64,000 nt of DNA from Callorhinchus milii. Taxonomy: Eukaryota. The position numbers were made by a program, and so were the translations under genes. Position 1 is the first letter of the stretch. Each line of letters begins with the position of its first letter. Of the stretch, positions 38,040 to 50,748 are shown one piece after another. The stretch lies in contig NW_024704743.1 in assembly GCF_018977255.1 (NCBI RefSeq), forward strand, positions 76,076,001-76,140,000, in the 5' to 3' direction. The notes below the pieces were generated by a model, which was not told where the DNA came from, did not search any database, and was given only the letters and a program-made list of their open reading frames with translations.

Positions 38040-39600
38040 ATCCCCTCCTTCTACCATGGTCCCTACCACTCATCTCTCCCTGCACTTCAATGCACCAATT
38101 ACTCCCACCTCTCCTCTCCACACAATTGCTAGTCTCCCAACTCCCACTCCTCTCAACCCTGCTGGCCGACACAGTCAACCAGTTGCTCTCCTCAGGTTCT
38201 GTTCTAATCCCCCTTAAAACCAGGGTCATCACTCCCCTCCTCAAAATAAGCACCCTTGACCCCGACAACCTTACAAATTACCGACCCATTTCCAACCTGC
38301 CCTTCCTTGCCAAATCTCTGGAATGAATTGTCGCTAACCAGCTTTGTTCTCACCTCTCCCTCCACTCCCTCCTCGAGCCCCTCCAGTCTTGTTTTCGCCC
38401 TGTCCATGGGGATGGCACTTGTGAAGGTCACAAACAACATCCTCTCTCTCTGTGACCAGGGACCCCTCTGCCTCCTCATCCTCCTGGACTTTTCCACCAG
38501 GTTTGACACCGCCTCTCCTCCCTCATCCATCTCAGTGGGACTGCACTAGCCTAGTTCAAGTCCTACCTAACAAACTGTCTTCAGTTTGTCTTTTCAAACT
38601 GTTTCTTCTCCCACCTCCACCCGGTCACCTGTGGTATACCCCAGAGCTCCATTCCCCTCCTCTTCCTCATCCATATGCTCCCTCTTGGTGATGTCATCTG
38701 CAGATATGGGGTAAACTTCCACATGTATGTGGATGACACACAAATCTATTAGTCCTCCTCCAGTTGTGACTCCAGGTCCGCCGATGGTCTCTCAGCTTGT
38801 CTGGCAGACATCAGGGCCTGGATGAGCAAAAACTTCCTACGACTAAATGTTGACAAGATGGAAGCCATATTCATTGGCTCATGTCAACATATTCTATCCT
38901 GCAGCCCTGACCTCCTCAACCTCCCCGGCCTATCCTTCAGAATTATTGAACCAGTGCGCAACCTAGGCATCAGGTTTGATCCACAGTTGGTTCCTGACCA
39001 GGACCACCTCCCTCCACCTCTGCCACATTGCCTGCCTCCGACCGTACCTTACTGCAGGTGCAGTCGAAACACTCCAAGCGTTTGTCACCTCCTGACTCAA
39101 TTTCTCAAATGCCCTCTTTGACGGTCTTCTCAGCTCCACCATGCACAGGATCCAGCTGATCCAAAACTCCACATACTCACCCTTACTAAACTCCATACCC
39201 CCATTACACCAATTCTAGCCAGGCTCCACTGGCTCCCTATTGCCGAATGGATTGATTTCAAGATCCTCACTCTTGTTTTCAAGCCCCTTCATGCCCTGGC
39301 ACCTCCTTACTTCTCCAACCTGCTTACTCCCCAACCCACTACCTCTGTTTGATTGGCTCTGGTCTTTTGCATGTCTCTCGTGCCCTCCATTCTATCAGTG
39401 GTGGCCGCGCATTCAGCTACTAGGCCCGAAACTCTGGAACACTCTTCCTGTATCTCTCCGCCTTGACCCTTCCTTCCCCATCTTCAGGTCATGCCTGAAG
39501 ACCATTCTATTGTATCACCACCTCCCTCCGGCTGGCTCAACGTCGTGGTCTGCCACTGTCAAGTGCCCTGTGTGAGGGGCACTTATATAAATGCAAGTCT
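38040..39600 (+). mobile_element. Degenerate L2 LINE
   Basis: NYRPISNLPFLAK, YVDD-like site, WMSKNFLRLNVDK. Confidence 0.85.
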
Positions 39601-41279
39601 CAAGATTTTTTTAAGCCAAATACATATTCATTGAGAATATATACATTGTCACAATTATCCCCATTTCTATGCAACAAACACGGAAAATACATCACACAAT
39701 ATATACACATGGAACCCCCAAAATCTTCTCTGGCTGGGATTTTCACAGATGTCCCCAGATACCATTTGCAAATGTAATGTTCATCAAGTCAGATCTATGG
39801 GGTTGGGTATCTGGCTTTTGACTACTGGTTATTTGCCCAATTATCAAATATCAACATGTCACAATTCTTCTCCAAGCAGTTTGAAGTTCAAACACCAAAA
39901 CAAGTAATTAGGAAACAGTAGTATGAAGCATCGAATGGAGTGGACAGCTCACAGGATTATCAACGCTTACAAACATACTCATTCAGACAGAAGGCTCACC
40001 CTGTGGAGATGGCTACCAGGCAGTATTTTTTTTTGTCTCAGTGTCTGACACACTTGTCACCAATTCAAACTATTGAGAATTCCACTTAAGCAATAGAAAA
40101 TAGTCTTTTGTCTGAAATGGAGTGTGCACTCACCCCACAAAGAGATGCGCCCTGCTCACCTATTTCAAAAAATTATTAAGCGAGAGTTGGCAAAAGCTAA
40201 GTTTGAGAAGCCATGATTCACTGCTTCTACTTGAAGTGGTCAGTGCATCAGTGACTAGAAGATGTAAATTTGAGGTATTTAGGAAATTAGCAAATAGGGA
40301 AGTTGAGATTTTTTCTTGCACAGAATTAGGATATGGAATGCCATCCCGAGACCAGTAGTTGAGGCAGAATCCCTATTAGCCTTCAAAAAAGAGCAGATAA
40401 ATAGCTAAAAAAGAGTAAACTGCAGGGGTATGGGGAAATAACAGGTAAATGGGACTGAAAGGATTGCTCTTCAAAGAGCCAGTACAGACACAATGGGCTT
40501 CTGTGCTGTACATTTCTATGATTCTATGATTCCTCAGTACTCTGGAATATAAAAACATTACATATCCCCCTATCTGCCTTTGTGCATTGCACCCATTAAC
40601 ATTATTTAGCATGTGAAAAGTATAGAGATATTCAAGAGTATGTTAGACCTTCACATGAGGGAGAAAAAATGTAAGGGTATGGGAGGGAGTAAGGTATGGA
40701 TGAAGACTCATGTGGAATACAAATACTCGCACGGACTGGTTGGGCCACGTGTCCTGTTTTGATTCATCTGAGCTGTTTTGAGCTGTTTTGGCATGAAACT
40801 CCGCTGAAGTACTGCATTCCACAATCGAAACCTAGAATGGTAGTGGCAAAAATTTGGGCCCAACCATTATGATGTTGGGAAGAGATTCACACTAGCAGCC
40901 AGTTTTTAGCCATTGTTTTATAACAGATTCGATTAAACATCCCATACACATTTGGAACCCATTCTTAAATATTGTATTTTTCTCCCTTTTACTAAAAATA
41001 AAAAGGTCTCTTCAGAGGTGAGCTGGCTCCAAAAATGATGTGTTTGGCAAAGGAATGTCCGAGTTGAGTCGACCTTCTGTGGTGGTCTCGGTAGTGCGGT
41101 TTCTGAGTCAGGCAAGTCTGCGGTACTCCAGGGCACTGCTGATGGGGGCAGGGACTCTTTCCACCCAGCTCCTGTTAACTCCATGAGCCAAAGCCTTAAT
41201 GGGTAGAATAGGCCTAGCTGGACCAGCTGATGTAAGTTTGCCAAACAGTGTTCTTAATGGCCTGCTATACGGTTTCAGT

Positions 41280-42790
41280 TACTAAACGAGTGTCTTTCCT
41301 CAGCTTTCCATTTCTTTGCCCCACTGAAGTCCAGGACTATCTCCAGACCAATCCACTCCCCCTGGAATAACAGACACCTCCACTCCCTTAAATCCAAAAT
41401 CCAGATGCTTGAGCGCAGATTGCACAAACTGACCTCACGGTTTACCCCCAAATATGGCTCGAACAGCTTAGTACCTACCACCCTCCCCCTCTCACAGACC
41501 AAAATTGCTTCCTATTCCCAGGCCATTCCAGAAGCTAAAATAACCCCAAAGTGCTATTCTCCATCACCCACTACTTCCTCCACATACTCCCTCAAGCATC
41601 CTCGATCTTCACATCTAAAGCCTAGTGTGAAGAGGTCCTGGACTTCTTCATATCTAAGGTAGATAACATCTGCCTGGCTCCCTCCTCCTCCCCCATGTCC
41701 CTCAGCACCTTCCTTCCATGCCTTCTACATTAGCCATTCCTTCCGCCACAGCTTCTACCACTGGCCCCCACCCAAAACTACTTGGCTCCCATCTCAACCA
41801 TCATCACCAACTTGAAGTCCACCACCTGATGCCTCGACCCTCTCACCACCCAACTGCTGGTCACTCAAATCCCTCTCCTCTGTCCCCTGATGGCAGACAA
41901 AGTCAACCAGCGGCACTCCTCAGGCTCCATCCCACCTGCCCTCAAAACTGCTGTCATTACTAATCACTACAAACTACTGACCATTTCTAACTTGCTGTTT
42001 CTTGTTAAAGGCCCTTAATTGTATTTAACCCCACATTGTGCCATGACCCATATCAAATACAATGATTATTATTATTCTGCCTTACCCCACTTCTGGAATA
42101 TTGCCCACTTCCCCCGCTAACTCTCCCCTCAAGCTACCAAGACCCTCCATCCAAGCTTTCATTACATCCAGGCTTGACTATGCTAACCCCCTGCTCGCCG
42201 GACTTCCCTACACTCACCTCCATAAGCTGCAGGATATTCTGAACTCTGCAGCTCGTGTCCTCTCCTGCACCCAGCTCCTTAACCCATTATTGCTTAGCTT
42301 CACTAGCTCCCCATCCCCCAGAGGATCGAGTTCAAGACCTGATCCTCACCTTTAACGCTCTCCATGGTTTTGCTCCTTCCTACCTTTGTAACCTAATAGG
42401 TATTACCAACCTGCTCGCTTCCTCTGCTCTGTGGGCACTGGCCAATTATCCCCTCCCCCCATACCCCACCACCACTAACAAAAACAACTTGTTTTTACAT
42501 AGCGCCCCTCACACAGGGTAGCATCCCAGATCAGTTGACCGTGGCGGTGCACAATGCCGAACCTGGCGAAGGGAGAAGGTGACCACAGGTACGGTTGAAT
42601 AGGAAGGTCTTCAGATGGGGTAGGAAGGGGCAAGATGGAGAGATAGAGGAAGAGTGTTCCAGAGTTTCTGGAAAGCGTGGCCACCAATGGTGCAATGGAG
42701 GGCACGAGGGACATGCAGAAGGCCAAGTGGAACCAAGCACTAAAAAGAAGGGTTTCAAAAGGGAACCAGGCAAGTTCCTGGAAATTAACA
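41280..42790. mobile_element. Degenerate L2 fragments (+ strand, then - strand)
   Basis: AFITSRLDYANPLLAGLP; opposite-strand 3' end at ~42480-42780. Confidence 0.7.
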
Positions 42791-43364
42791 GTGCTCAGCA
42801 TTATTAAGTACTGTGCTAAATCAGGGTGTTTTACATTTCTGTGAATGCCAGTATGTTCCTGGTAATCTAATCACACAGAAGTCATTGTGAGAACCAATAC
42901 AAAGAATTTAGTTTTACTGTATGCATTTTCTTCCCTTTTTTGTTGTGATGGGCAGCACAGTTTGCAGAGTTCCTGGCATCCATCTAGTGAGGGCTCAAAT
43001 CCAGGCTTCTTGAATGTCAACTAGTGACTATTCTCCTTGAGGGAGGGAGGGAAGCGGGGTATCCTTTGAGTTAACTCCAACCTGACCAAAGCAAACAGCA
43101 ACGTATTATCTAACTCATTGCCCAATTTCCCAAGATTACTCCAAATATTATTGACCCTGAATAATATTCTGCTAAAATATTGATCAGTTTACAGTCCTGT
43201 CTAACTGCATCAAAACAATTTAATTTTTGTGTCTGGTTGCTTTTCCTATCCACATCTAATCTTTGCTGTCCTACCTACCTCCCTGTTTTCGCCATCTAAT
43301 TTTTTGCTCATTTAGAATCTCAGGGATTTGGTTTTATCTCTGGTTACTATGTGGGTCACATTAA

Positions 43365-43790
43365 ATAATCCTTAATCCTTGCATTTGATATAGCGCTTTT
43401 CACGTCGGGAGGACGTCCCAAAGCGCTTCATAGAACACACTATAAAGTGAATTGACTGTATATTTGTGGGCGAATGCGGCAGCTAATTGCGCACAGCAAT
43501 GTCCTACAAACAGTCGTAGATTGAAAATGACCAATTTTTATTATTTTTTGGGGGGGGTTTTTGGAGGGATTATTATTAGGTGTGTGGAGTAAGGAAACTT
43601 GCTCAAGGTTTTGCCCTGCCTGGAATTGAACTCCAGGCAGGAGTTCAATTCTTTCCACTTAGGAGAGAATGAAAGGTACAACATGAGTGGTGGGGCAGGA
43701 TGGAATGTCTTGTAGCTCAGTGGTTAGAGTACTCGCTTTGCAAGTCTCTCACTTGCAAAGCGAGTACTCTAACCACTGAGCTACAAGACA
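43365..43790 (-). mobile_element. tRNA-derived SINE interrupted by an inverted duplication
   Basis: Family sequence broken at ~43634 and resuming at ~43744. Confidence 0.85.
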
Positions 43791-43835
43791 TTCCATCCTG
43801 CCCCACCACTCATGTTGTACCTTTCATTCTCTCCT
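43661..43835. repeat. Perfect inverted repeat, 85-bp arms with a 5-nt spacer
   Basis: 43661-43745 is the exact reverse complement of 43751-43835. Confidence 0.97.
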
Positions 43836-44873
43836 TAACCAAACCGAAGTGGAAAGATATGAAAAGAGCAAACTAAAATGCAAACAAGGCATAGAGAGGA
43901 AATGTGAAGCCAGAGAATGAGGAACAAGAGATAGGCAGCAACAAGTGGTGGTCAATTTGGCAATACAGTAAAGCAGACATAGCACTTCACAAGATCATTT
44001 TGCATGAAGAAGGCCCTTCTTACCACATCCTTATCACAGGGTGTCTTATCGGTCGGCTTGGAAGTGTAGACCGGTCACTGGGGGCAGGAACACTTCTCAC
44101 TCAGCTTCTGTTAACCCTGCAAGCCAAAGCCCTAACAGGTAGGGTGGTTCTAGCTGGACAAGCAACGGGAAAGCTTCCCAGGTAGTGCTCTCAATGGCAA
44201 GTTACGTGGTTTTAACTGGTTAGACTCCAGCAGTCCCCTAACATTCACTGTGGGATCCCTAAGCTTTGTTTTTTGCCAACCTGAGCTTGTTGCTTTCCAA
44301 AATTAGGTAAGCACAATGCATCGTTCCAGGGAGAGAGTGTACATTCCATTGCAACAAATATCTCTGGAATTTCCTTGTGTGATCCTTGTGGGATGCATAG
44401 AATTCTCAGTCTGGTTTGGATACTCGTAAGCATACTGATAGGTTTCCACATGTGTGACACCTAGCTGACCAATAAAAAATATATCTCATCCCTCTAGAAT
44501 ACCCATCCTACTGTCCTCCTATAACAGCAGCAAGCTTTTTTGTAAACGAGTCCAGTGTCCTGGCCTCAAATATCCTTCTTGATAATCTGTTCTAGTCGTT
44601 AATTAACCTCTGGGTGAAGAAAAACTTCCTGATATCTGTAGTGAAATTACAGTAAAACCTTTGTCCTTTTGTTCTACTTTTGAATCCCATTTAAAATTTT
44701 ATACACCTCTACATTTTGATTCTGAAAAACAAAATACAATTTTTTTTCAGTGGAATCATCTTTCGTTAATTAGGAATATTAAAGATGATACAATACACGA
44801 TATTGTGCATGATTTGTTATTTGCTGTGTTATCAATAAATATATTTTGTTTTAACTGAGGCCTGACAAAGTTG

Positions 44874-45400
44874 ATGACCACAAACTGGAACTACTGGAAC
44901 TTCTGCTTATAATGGAACGGAAACAACTACTGACTGCTCTTTACAAAAATAAGCCTCTAAAGTATTTCTGTAAAATCCACAATATTATATTTCTGTGGCT
45001 GGGGTCATGTTAGAGTATGTTAAAGTAAAAAGTCAGCACTCTGGCTTATAAATGACTCATAAGTATATTTTCTTCTGTCTCCATCCTGCCATTTCACATA
45101 TCTCATTTTGCTTTGCTGATAGAAGTGTGCCTCACTTTCTTGTAAATACAGCTGCCCTGTAACATGCACACACCTTTGGTGCAAGCTTGGTGGTGATGGG
45201 AGAGGGGGGTGCGATTTATATTTGCAGATTGTAATTTTAAACAGCACATTCTGCAGCTTTTACCTGGATCAGCTTTTACCTGGATGATTAACTTGCTGGA
45301 ACTCTGCTTGGATGTTGATTTCCTGCTGTGTTTTGCTTTTGCTTGTATTCACCACATGACTAGGTTGCATGTAATATGTGAGCTCCACTTTTGCGCTTAA
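44874..45400 (+). pseudogene. Decayed third GPR141-like copy
   Basis: Collinear remnants broken by stops and frameshifts: NGTETTTDC, IHNIIFL (vs LYSIVLL), LPFHISHFAL at 45086-45115 (vs IPFRISYYAL), SCK..AAL*HAHT (vs FCK..SMIHAHM), AIYICRL (vs IIVVIRM), SAFTWMI, FLLCFA..HHMTRLH (TM6-like). Confidence 0.65.
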
Positions 45401-45982
45401 AATCTGATGGAAAACTTAAGGATCAAATACTGAAACCAATCACCCAATCATTTGAAATGGATAATGTACTTCTGATGATTTTAATTAATCTCTAGATTGA
45501 ATCATGCTGATATTGAGATGTTAAACTGAGGCCCATTCTGGTGGATGCTAAAGATCCCATGGCACTATTAAAAAAGCGTTTCTCCCAGTGTCCTGGTCAA
45601 CAATCTCTCAGATAAAATTGTTCATTGACTTAATGTCCATATATGGAAAATTTTGTGTACAAATTGGCTGCAGTGTTCATCTCTAAATACAGTCATTACA
45701 CTTTACAGTAAACCCTGTGAAACGCTTTGAGACGATTTGACGATGCAACATGATTTTGCAAAATGACCAGAGAGGAGACAAGGAGAACATTTTTTACCCA
45801 GAGATAGGAAAGGGCAAGGCCGTGGAGGGCCTTAAAGGTGAGGACGAGGATTTTGAGCTCTCTCTTCTGAGGGATGGGAAGCAGTGGAGCTGGACTAGAG
45901 TGGGTGTGATGGGGTCACGGATCTTGGTGCATGGACCTCAAGGTCAGCCTGGCTCAGTTGATAATGCTCACCTCAGAATAGG

Positions 45983-47145
45983 AACAACAATAACAAAATT
46001 ACATTTAGAGAGCACCTTTCACGTCGGGGGGACATCCCAAAGCGCTGAACAGTCAGGCGTCGGGGCCCGAGCATGGGGGAGGGGTGGTGTAGGGGTGAGG
46101 GAAGGCAGAGAGGTGGGAGGGAGACCAAAGGCATGATCAAAGAGAAGAGTCTTGAGACCGGCCTTGAAGGAGGCAAGGGAGGAAGAGAGCCGAAGGGACC
46201 GTGGGATGGAGTTCCAGAGTGTGGGGGCAGAGAGGCTGAAAGCCCAGCCACCGATGGTAGGGCGGGAGACATGGAACAGAGAGGAGCCCGCTGAACGGAG
46301 GGAGCGGGCAGGTTGGTAAGGAGTCAGCAGGTCAGAGAGGTAGGAGGGGGCTAGGCCATGGATGGCCTTGAAAGTGAGGACGAGGATCTTAAACTCAATT
46401 CTCTGGGGGATGGGGAGCCAGTGGAGATGGGCAAGGGTGGAGTGATGGGGTCGCGGAGCCTGGTGTGCGAGAGTACACGAGCTGCAGAGTTTCGGATGAT
46501 CTGCAGCTTGTGAAGGGAAGAGTTGGGAAGGCTGATGAGGAGGGAGTTTCCGTAGTCGAGCCTTGATGTAACAAATACGTGGGTGAGGGTTTCGGCAGCC
46601 TGAGGGGTGAGGCAGTGGTGGAGTCTGGCAATGTTGCGGAGGTGGTGGTAGGCAGTGCCGGTCATGGTGCGGATGTGGGGGAGAAAGGGCAGTTCAGGGT
46701 CAAACAAGACACCCAGGTTCCTGACTGGCTTAGTGAGGTTGCGTATGCAGCCGTGGATGCTGATGTTGCCAGTGTCTGATGTGCAGAGGTGCAGGCGCGA
46801 GCCAATCAGGAGGGCCTCGGTCTTGCTGACGTTGAGTTGGAGAAAAATGTTCCTCATCCAGGACTTGAGGTCGGACAGGTAGTCGGTCAGGACGCCAGTA
46901 GTCCTGGAGTTGAGAGTGAAGGCAGAGAGATAAGAGTTGGGTGTCATCCGCATACATGTGGAAATTTACTGATGTTTGGGGATGATGTCACCAAGGGGGA
47001 GCATGTAGAGGGTAAAGAGGAGGGGACCGAGGACAGAATTCTGAGGAACACCGCACAAGATGGTGCGGGGGCTGGAGGAGAAGCCGTTTGCTGCAACAAA
47101 GTGGAGGCGATGTGAAAGGTAGGACCTGAACCAGTCAAGGACAGA
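45983..47145 (-). mobile_element. L2 LINE 3' 1.2 kb
   Basis: MYADDTQL, WMRNIFLQLNVSKTE, FVTSRLDYGNSLL, tail. Confidence 0.9.
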
Positions 47146-48507
47146 ACCTTGAAGGAAGATTGTGTGTTCATGCTCCTAGTCTCATCGTCAAGGCTGACGC
47201 TCCAGCGCAGTGCGGAGGTGTGTTGCATTGTCAGTCATTCAGCCTTACAGATGAGTCATTAATGCTAGGTTCTGCCTCAGACATTTGTGTGTGAAAATTG
47301 TCATATTTGCTTATACGACACCCACTCACTCGAATTTACAGTAAATTCTGTGAATCCTATAATTGGTCACTTCCTCCACAGATTTTTCGATGATGTGCTA
47401 AGGCACTATATTAAATACAAGGATTATTTACTATTTATTAAAATATTGTATAATTAGATCAATTAGAAAATAAATCATAAGTAAATTAAGGATATTAATA
47501 CTGGAATAATATCTATATTTCTCTATTGAAACAAATTGGGCACTTGACCACAGCTCAAAACAGCTGCAAGGTGAAACCAGCAGGTGAATTGTATAATGTA
47601 TTCTGTGAAGGGCTTTGAGACGTCTAGAAGACACTATATCAAATGCAAGTATTATTATTATAATTCAGTTTTAATGAGCAAACATAAACCTCTGAGCAGG
47701 CCTGCTTTTCCAATGGCTTCACTGGTGAATACAACCAAACATGGAACTGATACACATTAATCATGAAAGTTACAGGTTTCATTCGCAGTTTGTGCTTCTC
47801 TTGGCCTGGCCAGTAGCAAGACATTGTAATTAGACAAGAGTCAAAGATGCACTTGGTATCCAGAGGAAAGCAATTGCTGCTCGAAATCATTGCTCAGTGG
47901 GTAGGGAGGTGGGTCTGAAATGTGGATAGGAGAATGGTGGCAATGCTCTCATACATTTCATGCTCATTCATGCTATTCACTAAGAGGCTCGCACAGAATT
48001 CTTGGTACTCACTCTCTACCTACTGAGGACTCAAACCTATGCTTGCTTGATTTCTACTAACTGACTAATGATAAATCTCCTGTTTGTTTTTTTAAAGTAG
48101 CTAAGATGTCCGACACATTCTGAAGCCCATCACCATAGGAGTATTCAAACCAGAGTTCCATACATGTATGCCACCCGCACATGGAAATTTCCAAATGTCT
48201 GGGATGAAATGTGCACTCTTCCCCTGGAGGGATGTACCTTATGATTGTTTTTCGTGTGCATCAGACACTTATCTAACCATAAAATAATAATCCTTGCATT
48301 TGATATAAAGCCTAACTATGTTTTTGAGATGGCTCAAAACGCTTCACAGAATATATTGCAAAGCGAATTGAATATGTTTTGTGGGCAAAATGCGGCAGCA
48401 AATTGCACACAGCAATGTCCCACAAACAGTTCAAGAGAAACAGCCAGCCAAGGCTTACTGCTGATTACCATCCAGTGCCCAAATTATGTTTGGGCATGTA
48501 TTCGTTC

Positions 48508-49700
48508 ACAACAAAAACAAATTGCATTTATACAGCGCCTTTCACATTGGAAGGACATCCCAAGGCGCTAGACAGTCGAGGGTTTGCATTGAAGTTGGGG
48601 TTTGTAGTCAAGAGGGGTGGAAGGTAAGGGAGTGGAGGTGGAAAGATTACCAAAGGCCCAGTCAAAGGGGACAGTCTTGAGATTGGCCTTGAAGGAAGCA
48701 AGCAAGGGGGCGAGGTGGAGGGATTCTGTACTGGCGTTCCAGAGGGTGGGTGCAGAAAGACTGAAGGCCTGACTGCAGATGGTGGAGTGGGCAAGGTGGG
48801 GCACATGGAGCAGACCAACACCCACCAAGTGCAGCAAATGGAGGTAGGTCGCAATTTAGTAGGTTGCAGAGGTAGGGAGGAACAAGACCATGGCTGGCTT
48901 TAAAGGATCCTCTGGGGGATAGGTATCCAGTGAGCTGGATGAGGATGGGGGTAATAGGCTCACAAAGCTTAGTGCGGGAGAGGACATGAGTTGCAAAGTT
49001 CTGAATGATTCGCAGCTACCGGAGGGAAGTGTTAGTAAGTCTGCCCCTCTTAGTTGGAGTGTGCATCCACGATTAGTAATGCGTCTGAGGTGAGGAGGCA
49101 CTGAGTGGAGCCAAGCAGGAAGGCCTCAGTCATATCAACGTTCAACTGGAGAAAATTGGCTCTCATCCAAGACTTGATGTCTGAAAGACAATCAGTCATG
49201 ACAGCAGTGGTCCTGGAGGCGAGGGTGGAGGCAGAGAGATAGAGTTGGGTGACATCCGCATACATGTGGAAGTTAACCCCAAGCCTGCGGATTACATCAC
49301 GAGCAGGAGCATGTAAATATTAAAGAGGAGAGGACTAAGGACAGAGCCCTGAGGAAAGCCGCACATAGCAGTGCAAGGGCAGGAGGATAAGCCATTTGTA
49401 GATATATCGTGGAGATGATGGGATAGGTTAAAGCAAAACTAGGCAAGGGCAAACCATGAAGATGGAGCTGAGAGGAGAGGCATTGGAGAAGAATAGAGTT
49501 GTTGATTGTGTTAAAAGCAGCAGAGAGATTAAGAAGGATGAGGAGACAGAAACAGCACTGGTCACAGATGGACAGAATATTATTTGTAACTTTGACTAAG
49601 GCAGTCTCTGTACAATAGGCAGGCAGAAACTAGATTGGAGAGGTTCATATATGGAGTGGTGGGAAACAAAAGAGTGAAGCTGGAAAGTAACGACTTACAC
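48508..49700 (-). mobile_element. Degenerate L2 LINE
   Basis: MYADVTQLY..WMRANFLQLN, tail. Confidence 0.85.
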
Positions 49701-50592
49701 AAAATTCTGCCACATTTAAATCTTTCTACACAAGTTGAAGCAAATCTTTGTTTTCCACCCCACAACACCACTGTATAGAATTCTACCACCTTAGAATATG
49801 GAATATTTTAAAACCAAAATCACCAGGTAATTTGTATTGAGATGTGTACTATTTGTGGGACATTGCTGTGCGCAATTGGCTGCCGCGTTCGCGGTACAGT
49901 CAATTCACTTTACAGTGTGTTTTGTGAAGCGCTTTTGGGACATCCTCCCGACATGAAAAGCGCTATATCAAATGCAAGGATTATTATTATTACTGCAACA
50001 AAACAAGAGGTCCCCACTGAATCTTTACATTGAACTAGAAAATAAAACAAATGTGAATTTCTTCAAATGGTGCAAATCAAAACGTATCATCCTCTAAGGT
50101 TTATTGAACTTTCTGAGCAATGCTTAAGGTTTGCTGTGCAGCATTTTAATAGGGCTTTGAATCATGTAGAACAATCCACGTTAACCAACTGTGAGCCACA
50201 AATATTTATTTAGTCATTTCAAATCAAATCCACGGTGCACCATATTAAAAGTAAAGTGCACCAGCCACATCAATGTCTGTTCGGAAAAATCTTTTGAATG
50301 TACGAAAGTAAACCACAGCTGGTTGTTAATGCTTTTAAACTCCTTTGCTTGTAACATACTGGAAGATTTTTTTGTTGTGATCGCAAACCAGAATTACAGA
50401 AAAAACAAGAAAATCAAGAGTTTTCTTCATGTAAACGTTGAAACCTAAATACCAAACATGGATACCCACTTACACTACTATCTATAAATCGAAATGCTTC
50501 TTCCTGCACAAGATTCAACTTGTACCCATGACACATTCATGATTTCAGTCATTCAGTAGCATAATGCATACATTTAGGTTTCTGAGGCAGGA

Positions 50593-50748
50593 TTAGTCCA
50601 CTAATGGGGGTGGAACAAGCTGTAGCTGGAAGTTTTTGCTCCGAATGATGCTGGATTGATTAAAGTAATGGATTGATTCCACTGGGACTATTTTGGTGTT
50701 GTCTGTAACTGCAGCATTGTGTCTGGCAAGATCCAGCAGCAGGGTAAG
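50593..50748 (-). CDS. VPS8: VPS8-like last exon (LTLLLDL...NFQLQLVPPPLVD*)
   Basis: ctttaacag| acceptor, TAA at 50595-50593; AATAAA on the - strand at 50205-50210 and 50100-50105. Confidence 0.9.
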   Translation of the reverse strand, partial: LTLLLDLARHNAAVTDNTKIVPVESIHYFNQSSIIRSKNFQLQLVPPPLVD

